Assembly: GCA_002269645.1 (NCBI GenBank)
Contig: NIVC01001153.1
Span: 1 to 64,000 of the forward strand
DNA from: Macrostomum lignano
Taxonomy: Eukaryota
Length of the DNA: 64,000 nucleotides
Reading direction: 5' to 3'
Under the pieces are notes generated by a model. The model saw nothing but the letters and a program-made list of their open reading frames with translations, ran no database searches and had not been told where the DNA came from. This document shows positions 1-11,114 of this stretch, piece after piece. A program made the translations under genes and the position numbers. Within the stretch, counting starts at the first letter, position 1. Every line of letters begins with the position of its first letter.

Positions 1-410
1 TCAGGCTAAACATCTATTAACACCCTAAGCGTAATGAATTGCATGCCAGGGACTAATTCAAGGAAGGCTTTTAAGAAATAAGCCGAAATGAATGATTATT
101 ATTAGTATAGCATCGAGATGGAGAATTCCGAGTCTGAATTTTCATGTACGTGACAAATTGCAAAAAAATGAGAACAATAGGAAGTCGAGTGGAATGATGC
201 ATGCGCGAACAAGGGCCACGGTGCCAGTCTGGACAGAAATTACTTGTAATTAGTTTGGCTACAGGTGAAATTTTAATATTTCCACAGATACTAGAATAAC
301 TAGATGGGCCACTCAGGCATATATACTTAGTAAACAGCTTTCTACTTCCAGTTCAGTAGCAAAGAAGAATACATAAGCTATTTTATAAAAAATAAAGGCA
401 GCTGAGATGA

Positions 411-693
411 CTTTGATAAGTTTAAAAGCCCAAGCTTGCAGGCATAAACAACTTGCTAATTGGTTCAGCAATAATGTACATTAGCCAGTCCACTGAAATG
501 AACATGGCAGCTTTAGGCAGGAATACCGAGAAAGGCCAATAAAAATTGGGGCGGAGGGGGACTTTGATAAGTTTAGAAGCCCAAGCTTGTAGGCATAAAC
601 AACTTTCTAATTGGTTCAGCAATACTGTACATTAGCCAGTCCACTGAAATGAACATGGCGGCTTTAGGCTGGAATACCGAGAAAGGCAATAAA
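411..693. repeat. ~151-bp tandem unit x2 (x3 in the mirror, ~55860-56292)
   Basis: ctttgataagttt...aagcccaagcttg recurs at ~411 and ~562. Confidence 0.85.
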
Positions 694-1517
694 CTTGGGC
701 CGGGGGGGGGTAGTGTGGAAAGGCGCGGCTAGAGGGTTTGAAGCCTGGGGTTAAGAGCCAATAAATGAGCCTTGGCTTTAAAGTACATAAAAAGCTTCTG
801 TTTAACTTACTACTGAACTGAAAGTAGCTAGACGCAAATGCGCTGAGTGGCCCATCCATCCAAATATCTGTGATATTTTCCAATACGGGTACCCGTAGTT
901 CCATTCCGTGCGATTCTCGCCAAAGACAAAGACCCCCCCAAGGCACAGGATCGGAGAGTGTAAACTAAACTGCCCTGAGAGAGAGTCTTAGGCCGTATGA
1001 ATAAAGTGAGCAATTGCTCAAACTCTTTGTGTGAGCGTGTACGACATCCGTACCTGTGTTTAGTATCCGCTTACGCGCACAGGGATCAACCAATGAAGAA
1101 ATCACCAATGTGTTTCTTTTTGCAACAGTAAAATAAACTCGCAACTAAATTCGAGTTTCTGAGCAAAACAATTATCAAACAATCTACTGTCAGTAGCGTA
1201 CCACCAAGCACAAGTTTATAGTTTATTTTATATATTTAAATAACAACTTTGGCAAACCCATCGCATACAGAACTGGATTGAAAATAATAATAGACTGTCT
1301 CACTGAGTACGCAGTACCGAAAACAGTAGTAGTCTAAGCACAGGTCCGACAAATATAAAATGCTGAGCCGTTCTGATTCAAAACAAACTACTCTTGTAGC
1401 AGTTAAAGTAGTAGTATGCATGCAGATTACCAGCTAAAAAGTATCACGCAGCATTAGGGAGAGCTTAATCGAGATTTTGAGCGTCGAGAGATGTTTAGAA
1501 AGGCGGGATTGAGGTGA

Positions 1518-2134
1518 GGGTTGGCGCCAAGAGGAGCTTAGGGGGTTGGCGCCAAGAGGAGCTTAAAGGGTTGGCGCCAAGAGAAGCTTAGAGGGTTGGC
1601 GCCAAGAGGAGCTTAGGGGGTTGGCGCCAAGAGAAGCTTAAAGGGTTGGCGCCAAGAGAAGCTTAGAGGGTTGGCGCCAAGAGGAGCTTAGAGGGTTGGC
1701 GCCAAGAGAAGCTTAGAGGGTTGGCGCCAAGAGAAGCTTAGAGGGTTGGCGCCAAGAGGAGCTTAGGGGTTGGCGCCAAGAGAAGCTTAAAGGGTTGGCG
1801 CCAAGAGAAGCTTAAAGGGTTGGCGCCAAGAGAAGTTAGAGGGTTGGCGCCAAGAGAAGCTTAAAGGGTTGGCGCCAAGAGAAGCTTAGAGGGTTGGCGC
1901 CAAGAGAAGCTTAGAGGGTTGGCGCCAAGAGAAGCTTAAAGGGTTGGCGCCAAGAGAAGCTTAAAGGGTTGGCGCCAAGAGAAGTTAGAGGGTTGGCGCC
2001 AAGAGAAGCTTAAAGGGTTGGCGCCAAGAGAAGCTTAGAGGGTTGGCGCCAAGAGAAGCTTAGAGGGTTGGCGCCAAGAGAAGCTTAGAGGGTTGGCGCC
2101 AAGAGAAGCTTAGAGGGTTGGCGCCAAGAGGAGC
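1518..2134. repeat. 25-bp minisatellite GAGGGTTGGCGCCAAGAGAAGCTTA, ~25 copies, just 3' of BUD23
   Basis: Direct reading of the sequence. Confidence 0.95.
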
Positions 2135-2184
2135 TGAGAGCGCATCAGCACTAACAAGTACCTGTCGTTAAAAACGCTGGGAGT

Positions 2185-5100
2185 TCAAAACCTTGGCTTC
2201 CTCTTTCGCCCAGTATACTTAGAATCAGACGGCAACGCTTTAGAGTCGGGGTTCTTACGCCGATACTGTTCTTTCTTGCGCATTATCCAAGCCTTGGAGC
2301 CTTTCCGCATAGGCTGTTGCTGTTTTGTAGAATGCCTACCGCCCGCCTCATCTTGTGCCGCTGGCATAGGCCGAGTACCGGCAGTGTCTAGCACTAAGAA
2401 ATGCTTCCTAGCCTTGGCCGATTCGGGATAATCAGTTACTAATCCTCCAGTAAATCCGCAGGACATCGCAGAGTTTAGTAATAATTGTAACTGCAATTCG
2501 TCTGCCGGGTAGAACTGCAGCACAGCTCTGGCGCCTACGGACATGCAGGCATACAGGCTGGTGAAAAAGGCTCGCTGTCTTCGAATGGGGTTGGCTGTGG
2601 ACCTGCGGAATGCCGCATTTTTGTGAGCGTCTAATGTTGCTTCTAGGGGGACTGTCTACCACAGCCGCTATTATCTACCTACAGCTGACTACCACAGCCG
2701 CTATTATCTACCTACAGCTGTCTACCACAGCCGCTATTATCTACCTACAGCTGTCTACCACAGCCGCTATTATCTACCTACAGCTGTCTACCACAGCCGC
2801 TATTATCTACCTACAGCTGACTACCACAGCCGCTATTATCTACCTACAGCTGTCTACCACAGCCGCTATTATCTACCTACAGCTGTCTACCACAGCCGCT
2901 ATTATCTACCTACAGCTGACTACCACAGCCGCTATTATCTACCTACAGCTGTCTACCACAGCCGCTATTATCTACCTACAGCTGTCTACCACAGCCGCTA
3001 TTATCTACCTACAGCTGACTACCACAGCCGCTATTATCTACCTACAGCTGTCTACCACAGCCGCTATTATCTACCTACAGCTGACTACCACAGCCGCTAT
3101 TATCTACCTACAGCTGTCTACTACAGAGTCGCTAGTATCTACCTACAGCTGTCTACCACAGCCGCTATTATCTACCTACAGCTGACTACCACAGCCGCTA
3201 TTATCTACCTACAGCTGTCTACCACAGCCGCTATTATCTACCTACAGCTGTCTACCACAGCCGCTATTATCTACCTACAGCTGACTACCACAGCCGCTAT
3301 TATCTACCTACAGCTGTCTACCACAGCCGCTATTATCTACCTACAGCTGTCTACCACAGCCGCTATTATCTACCTACAGCTGACTACCACAGCCGCTATT
3401 ATCTACCTACAGCTGTCTACCACAGCCGCTATTATCTACCTACAGCTGACTACCACAGCCGCTATTATCTACCTACAGCTGTCTACCACAGCCGCTATTA
3501 TCTACCTACAGCTGTCTACCACAGCCGCTATTATCTACCTACAGCTGACTACCACAGCCGCTATTATCTACCTACAGCTGTCTACCACAGCCGCTATTAT
3601 CTACCTACAGCTGTCTACCACAGCCGCTATTATCTACCTACAGCTGACTACCACAGCCGCTATTATTTACCTACAGCTGTCTACCACAGCCGCTATTATC
3701 TACCTACAGCTGTCTACCACAGCCGCTATTATCTACCTACAGCTGTCTACCACAGCCGCTTTTATCTACCAACAGCTGTCTATCACAGCCGCTATTATCT
3801 ACCTACAGCTGTCTACCACAGCCGCTTTTATCTACCAACAGCTGTCTACTACAGAGCCGCTATTATCTACCTACAGCTGTCTACTACAGAGCCGCTATTA
3901 TCTACCTACAGCTGTCTACTACAGAGTCGCTAGTATCTACCTACAACTGTCTACTACAGAGCCGCTATTATCTACCTACAGCTGTCTACTACAGAGCCGC
4001 TATTATCTACTCACAGCTGTCTACTACAGAGCCGCTATTATCTACTCACAGCTGTCTACTACAGAGCCGCTATTACCAAATACGTACCTATCCGAGTAAG
4101 CCAGCCACTGCAGAGCGGACACGCTGACAACGGCGTCAAAGCAACCAGCTCGGAACGGCAGGCCGTGGCCAATATCGCACCTGGCTAAGCCGCCTTCAAC
4201 TTCGTTCTCCAGCGCGATCTCCAGCATACTAGAGCTGATGTCAACGCCGAACCAGTTTAAACCGGCTTCGGTCAGAGCGGCACCGCTGATGCCGGAGCCG
4301 CAGCCAACGTCTAGCACGAGTAGAGAGGACCGAATTGTCGGATCCTCCGGTAGGCTGAGCAGCTCGATTGCTCGCTCTGACATTTCCGATTGGATTTGAA
4401 TGATGCGCGAGCTGCGAGGTGAAAGTGCGATTTTGTTGTGGGTAAACAGCTGGCGAAACTGCAGTGAGTAATTCTAGATATGTAAGTGCTTTTTGGTATC
4501 TAATCAGGCTTTTGTAAGCACGAAAAGAGCTGGAGCGCTACTGGTGAACTCGGGAAGCTACTGATGGACATCGGAGAGCTACTGATGGACTGGGAGAGAC
4601 CATGGACTGGGAAATACCATGGACTGGAAGAGCTACTGGTGGACTGGAGAGGCTACTGGTGGACTGGGGAAGCTACTGATGGACAGGGAAGCTACTGATG
4701 GACTCGGGAGGCTACTTGTGGACTGGGAAAGCTACTTGTGGACTGGGAAAGCTACTGGTGGATTGGAGAGGCTACTGGTGGACTGGGGAAGCTACTGATG
4801 GACAGGGAAGCTACTGATGGACTCGGGAGGCTACTGGTGGACTGGGAAAGCTACTGGTGGACTGGAAAAGATACTGGTGGACTGGAGAGGCTACTGGTGG
4901 GCTGGAGAGGCTACTGGTGGACAGGGAAGCTACTGATGGACTAGGGAGGCTACTGGTGGACTGGGAAAGCTACTGGTGGACTGGAAAAGATACTGGTGGA
5001 CTGGAGAGGCTACTGGTGGGCTGGAGAGGCTACTGGTGGGCTGGAGAGGCTAATGGTGGACTAGGAAAGCTACTGGTGGACTCGGGAAGCTACTGGTGGA

Positions 5101-5434
5101 CTTGGGAGGCTACTGGTGGACTGGGAAAGCTACTTGTGGACTGGAAAAGCTACTGGTGGACTGGGAAACATTCTCAGTTTTTTATCACCTTTTTCATCAC
5201 CTTAGGAATGATGAATTAACAATAACAGAACTACTAAAAGTTATAATTACTAATAAAATATTTATTAAAAACTTACTTTTGGGTGTACTTCTTTGCTTCT
5301 TTGTCATCATAGTACTAAAAAGTAGCAAAGGAAAAATATTATAATTCCCATATGAAATAATTAGAACATAAAGGCATTATTCTACAAAAGCATACCAATT
5401 CTGGTGGTAGACTTGATTCTGGTCTACTAGCCAT
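2185..5434 (-). CDS. BUD23: 18S rRNA (guanine-N7) methyltransferase BUD23/WBSCR22, 4 exons: 5434-5396, 5314-5277, 4411-4088, 2602-2185 (272 aa)
   Basis: Spliced product [44 protein letters not shown]...VLDVGCGSGISG...SVSALQWL...RAVLQFYP...KYTGRKRKPRF. GT-AG junctions keep frame. Confidence 0.93.
2654..4075. repeat. 33-bp minisatellite in BUD23 intron 3, ~43 copies (mirror 52730-53254, ~16 copies)
   Basis: Unit TCTACCACAGCCGCTATTATCTACCTACAGCTG. Confidence 0.95.
4535..5168. repeat. ~20-bp minisatellite in BUD23 intron 2 with higher-order blocks (mirror 51541-52275)
   Basis: Unit GACTGGGAAAGCTACTGGTG. Confidence 0.93.
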
Positions 5435-6419
5435 TGTGCAAATTGAGATTTAAATCTGAAATTATAATTTGTTAATTTATAAGTAATAGTTTCATTAAGT
5501 AAACCCATAGTTAAGATTTAATCCCTTTAGCATTGACCAATCTCTTAGCGAGAACACATGTATCATTACGAGAAAATTTCTGATCAAACAGTGCAAGTCT
5601 CATGAAAATTGGTTAAGCTATTTTTTCTCTAATCAATTGCAAGCAAGCAAGATTTTCATTTTTAGTATATAGGATGATATATCATTTATATCAAAAAGTT
5701 TTTGCTGTCTATATCAAGAAATTGCTAGAAGATTTAGCATATAAAATGTTGCCAGCAGACAAAAAGGCAGCAGACGAAATCACTGCACACCATATTATTA
5801 ATGATAGGCAATAGTAGCATAGCGAGGAATTTCAATTGTGGGGGGGGGGGGTTGGCCTGGCTGGCCATGCTTTATGCCATTGCCACTTTTGGTGCTGCAG
5901 GCACTTATTTTGGTGCCATAGTCTGGATCATGCTGGATGCATGCCTGAACAAGAATTGAATAATTACAAATGCATGCCAAAAAATGACTGTAGCCTATTC
6001 TTAAAACTACAATGGTATTGCAATAATAAATGACCTTTTTACATTGTGACAATAAATAACCATTTTTGAATAGCATAATGAACCATTTTGGCACATAATT
6101 TAGTTCATTTGTCTGCTTCTTTGACAATATTATTCACTGCAGAAAATTGATACATGCAAATTTTTGTTTAAATGCTTTATTACAAACTTTAAAAAACCTA
6201 GAAAGCTTGAAATTTTTGCTTAAAATGAACCTTTTCTCATCTTTTTTTTCTACTTCATAATAACTCTTTAGCATGATTCTATGAAGTGCATGCCAGGTAT
6301 GTACACACACTATTTTTTAGGAAGGATTCACGCCAACTGTGCATGCCTATTTTTGGCATGCAAGGCCAATGCACCCCAGAATTTTTAGGGGTATACTATA
6401 TGATCTGGAGTGTGGTTTT

Positions 6420-6650
6420 GGCACCGCAGGCACTTATTTTGGTGCTGCAAGCACTTATTCTAGTACCACAAGCACTTTTTTGGTGTTGCAAGCACTTATT
6501 TTGGTGTCACAAGCACTTATTTTGATGTCGCAAGCACTTTTTTTGGTGTCACAAGCACTTATTTTGGTGTTATAAGCACTTATTTTGGCATTGCAAGCAC
6601 TCATTTTGGCACTGCAGGCACTCATTTTGGTGCTACAAGCACTTATTGGC
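6420..6650. repeat. 21-bp degenerate minisatellite (mirror ~48965-49270)
   Basis: Unit ~GCACTTATTTTGGTGCTGCAA, with scattered copies near 5890, 7090 and 7450. Confidence 0.85.
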
Positions 6651-7116
6651 ATTCTTTTGTTTTATGATCCCTATTCCTTCCTAGGCACTTTTGTTATATG
6701 ATCCCTATGTAAAATATGCAGTCAAAGAATAGAAACCAGACAAAACATTATCCATGAGTCAAATGCATTGCATTAAGGCAGTTTCAATTGATATCTATTT
6801 GAAGTGGAGTTCAACCAAAGTGAGGCAATCAAACAAAGCCTCAATAAGATTCTTGGCAAAAGCAGAGACATCTCTAAATTCACTTTTTATATGATCATTT
6901 AAATGGAAGAAATGTATGCAAAGGGATCAGATAACAAAACTTGCATTTTAAAATAAATTTTCAATTTTGTAATATTATCATTCAAGTTAGAAATTTATTA
7001 GATGGGGATCGCATAAGATTGTATAATAAAAGTGCCATATTCTATAGGAAAAATGTAAAGGGATTGTAAAACAAAAGAATGCCCTTATTTTAGCGCCATA
7101 GACACTCATTTTAGCA

Positions 7117-7436
7117 CATACATGTGCAATAGTCGGCCGAGTTGGCCAATCCGGCTGACCGATTTGGTAGCCAAACAAGGAAGTCACAAAAATGCCCACC
7201 TAATAAATACCCAAGTAGGCCTAGTAGTACTAAGTAGTTGATGAGGCATTTTGACTTAATAAGACAGTCATAGTTACTCTTGCCGTTTACCCAAAGTAGC
7301 ATTAATTTTGCTTTACACTACTTACGCTAGGGTTTTTTTACATGTAATTGTAAGTTACATTTTTGGCCAAAAACTGTTGCATTTTGTTAAAACTAAGTCG
7401 CATGGCCGATTGAATTTTAGAGGTTGCACATGTATG
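7117..7436. mobile_element. 320-bp MITE, left arm only
   Basis: 13-bp perfect TIR CATACATGTGCAA/TTGCACATGTATG. TTTTAGCA on both sides (7109-7116, 7437-7444). Absent at the mirrored site (~48480-48540). Confidence 0.75.
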
Positions 7437-8531
7437 TTTTAGCACCATAGGCACTCATTTTAGCACTGCAGGCTCATTTAAGCACCGCAAGCCCTCAATT
7501 GCCTCATGGTTTTTGGTAACCACTGTGCCCAATCCCAACCCCTCCCCCCTAGGTGCCACTGATGGGCAATAGCCAATAGGCCTAACATTAGCCAAGTTGA
7601 TTAGGCCCCTATTGAGAATAGAAAATGTTTAAAAAAAACAAAATACATACATGCATATCAATCACTTTTGCTAAATAAATTAAAAAACTAGATGTACAAA
7701 TTTAAATGTTTTGGACTTGGTAAAATATCACTATCAATGCATAATCATTTTGTTTGCATGTCCTTTTTGCTAGGCTTATTAGCACTCTAAAAAACTTTGA
7801 AAATGAAGAATAAAATATAGCTATAAAATGAGATGTTTTTGTATACTATTAATCTAGTTTAATATAGTATTTCAGTTTATAAAATATATTTTATTAAAGG
7901 ATGACTAAAAAATCCAAGAATACTAATTATTGCAAAAGCAAAATGCAAAATTTTAGCTGCGCTATAGCAAAATTGGAATTTCGCGGCGGTGTAATCCCTT
8001 GCACTGACTGATAGAAACAACCAACAGCCCCAACAGGTAAACTTTAAAAACCCTTACTACGCATTTAGGGTAAAATCTTAGCCGTTTGGTATCTAAATCT
8101 AATCAACCAACGAGCATCATGCTCGGAGCATGTGGTCGGTGTCTTAGAAAATAGTGTAAAAATATAACATTCAAAAATGCACTATGCTAATTGATCTTCA
8201 CGTAGAACAATATTAAATATTTAAATGCCTCGCCATTATCGTAGATAGGCCTAGGTAACCTTTTTATTGCTAAAAACAGCAATAAAATAAAAATAATAAA
8301 GACAGAGTTTTACACACAAATTGGATTTGTTACGTATTATAATTATAATAAAACATTAACATTATCAATTATTTTATGGAGTTGGGCCTAGTTACCTAGT
8401 AAGCCTAGGTATGCTCAGTTATGTTTATTCGTACACACATTTAATATTATTATATTATCCAAGTTCGATGAGCGAACATTACACTATCTTATATCTAGAA
8501 TACAGATGGTAATTGGTAATGGTAATCAGGT

Positions 8532-8901
8532 CTGGGTTTTTTTAGGCCATACGGTAGCCACCGGCTACCCAATAAAGCCACTGGATTTGTGGCATCAGAG
8601 GCCAATCTGGCAAGCAACTTGAACCAAGGCAGTTGCCAATGATAAAACAGTCTGTCACATTTTATTACTGCTAAGATTGGCTTGGCTGAAAACCTGAAGC
8701 CTGAGCTGATTCGAGCATATTATTTTTTCATCAGTGCGTGAATATTGCGATGTTATAGAGCACCATATTTTTTGCTATGCACAAGCACTGGGACACTGAA
8801 ATAGGTCAGTTGCCAGTTGGCAACTGAGGATGGCAATTAGCAACTAGATTTTGAGCTTTAGTTGCCATTTGGCAACTGGATTTTGGATGAAAAAAACCCA
8901 G
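8532..8901. mobile_element. 370-bp MITE, left arm only
   Basis: 12-bp perfect TIR CTGGGTTTTTTT/AAAAAAACCCAG. 8-bp TSD AATCAGGT (8524-8531, 8902-8909). Single-copy empty site at 47349-47356. Confidence 0.88.
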
Positions 8902-9073
8902 AATCAGGTTATTATTCTGCTCATGACTGAATCAAAGACATAGTCAATACTAAATTCTAAAATAGTCATATTCATTGGCCTAGATAAGATGATAGCCTAG
9001 TCAGATAGCTTAGGCCCTAGGTACTTTCTACCTTTTGCACTTGTATTGTAGGCCCCTGCTATAGCAGCATTTG

Positions 9074-10363
9074 CAGGGTGCCTGCGCCCTCCTTTATTTC
9101 CTTTATCTCCTTTATTTGGCAAACCCCTCCTTTATCTCCTTCATCTCCTTTATTTAGAAGATTTTTGGGACTTTCTTTATTTTAGCCACTTTAGCTCCTA
9201 GCACTTGTTCTTGTACTTAATGTATTGTTACTTTAGCCTTTGGGTCCTTTTAAATAATCATTTTTAAGAAGACTATTTTCCTAGGCAAAGTTATATAGAA
9301 GAATAGTTTGTAAGTCTCAACAAAGTTTTGTATATATGATTAGTTAATAATTAAACAAACTTTAAAGCATCAACCCTAAGTTAGCCATAATATCAGATAG
9401 GGCCTATGTGAAACTGTGGAGCTAGAAATATACAAGTTTTTCTCAGGACTGCAAATTGGCTAAAAATATGATGTGATCAAAGCAGTCAACAAATAGGCCA
9501 CAGAATGAAACAACCATGAGAGTAGTATGTCCCTTGAGAGTATAACTGGGAGAGTACATGAGTACGACTGGCTTTTGAAGTAGGGATTAGCAGATTTTTA
9601 CCTCAAAGTCCAGATAAAAAATCTAGCTAGGCCCTAATGGCTGCAGGGGCAGATGAGAGTGGAAAGAAGAATGAATAGACAATAAGAGAAAGGATAAGAA
9701 AATAGATAAAATACAAGAGGAGACAGGAGGGTAAGGAGAGAGAGAGGGGGCAAAGAAAAGGGAGGAGGGAAGAGGAGTGCAAGGACAATAGAGGGGAAAA
9801 GAGACAAATAAGAGAGACAAGAAGAGAGAGGAGAGATAAGATAAGAGAGAGAAAAGATAAAGGAAAAGAGAGGAGAGAAGAGAGAGGAGAAATATGAGAT
9901 AAAGATAAGAGAGAAGAGATTAAAGAGAAGAGATAATAGGGAAAAGAGTTAAGAGAAGAGAGGAAATAGAGGGGATAGCAAAGGAAAGAGAAAAGAAGAG
10001 GGGAGAAATGAGAGGAAAGATAAGAGATCCCAGAGGGGATACAAGAAAGAGTAGAAAAAAGAATAGAGATAAGCAAGATAAGAGAAAAGAGAAGAAAATA
10101 GAGAGGACAAGAGAATGAGAAGAATAGAAAAGAGAAAAAAGGAGAGATAGAAGAGGAAAGAGAATAGAAGAGACAGAAAAAAGATAGAAGTTTCAGAGGA
10201 CCCAAAAGAAAGAGATGCAGAGGCAAAAGGCCAGAGTTTGCCTATACAGGCCTTAGACAGATATTGCCTGTCATTGTTACATTACCAAATTAAATCTCCT
10301 TTATTTTGGGATCAGTCAAACAGTCTCCTTAATTTTACTTTCTCAAAATGCGCGGGCATCTTG
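9074..10363. mobile_element. Putative old non-autonomous TIR element, ~1.3 kb (mirror 45829-47183)
   Basis: Imperfect 14-bp TIR CAGGGTGCCTGCGC vs CAAGATGCCCGCGC. CATTTG on both flanks. CTCCTTTATT motifs near both ends. Confidence 0.4.
9690..10230. repeat. Polypurine (GA-rich) low-complexity tract (mirror ~45985-46590)
   Basis: Almost exclusively A/G on the + strand for ~540 bp. Confidence 0.9.
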
Positions 10364-11114
10364 CATTTGTAAATTAAGTCTATAATAGGCCTCAGCCTAG
10401 GCAATATTTTTTTGGTGGATGACAAACTAACCAAATGTCACCTTATATATTTGGGAATATTTGCTTGGCTTTTGCACCTAGTGATGCACTTGTCATTTGT
10501 ATGCTTAGTTTAGTTGTGCTATGTTGGAAACTATCTAAATCTATATCATTGGCTAAAAAGTCCTTTGAAGCTCCTTTTCCCTTTTCCCAACACTCTTAGT
10601 ATTATATATTTAGTATATTTAGATGTATTTTCCAAAATCTTTATTTCTTTCTAATCTTAGTATTTATATTTAGTACATTTGTAGTTTAAATAGTAAACTA
10701 TATGTTCTTTTTATTTGACTCTTTAAAAAATAGGTAAGTCAAAATATTATTTGAACTTTTTTCAGTAGGTTCAGTTTGCTGTTTGGTTGTTTGGTCCTAT
10801 ATATATATTGGGCCTAGGTTGGTTTAGAATTGAAAGAAGCAAGCTTTTATATTGACTATATCTTTTAAAGTTTTTTCATATCCAGATAAAAATTTGCAAT
10901 GATTGTGCATGAGGTTTCAACCTCATATAGTCTATTGCCAGTGTCTCAAGTAAAATGATGTTTAAAAAAAGCACCAGCTTTGAAAACCAATCAGCTATTA
11001 GCCTAAGATATCAGTATCCTTGTGAGTTTTGGTATCAAAGCTTCCCTTTAAACCATGATGTAATACTAACTCTTCCTTTGATGCTTGGCCTACCAACATC
11101 CTCCAGTTAATTAA

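Noticed and set aside
1518-2134. CRISPR-like look of the 25-bp repeat with palindromic TTGGCGCCAA
   Set aside because: Units are head-to-tail with no unique spacers, there are no cas genes, and the context is eukaryotic.
2610-3185. Long repetitive ORFs (STTAAIIYLQL; also GIAEMSRLT, PDPQLL, QDQSLRDLRL, PSPQILQ, CTTHP and their mirrors)
   Set aside because: These are translations of intronic or intergenic minisatellites whose period happens to avoid stop codons. No domain signal.
9623-10226. Leu/Ser/Phe-rich membrane-protein-like ORFs (mirror 45982-46606)
   Set aside because: Artefact of the polypyrimidine strand.
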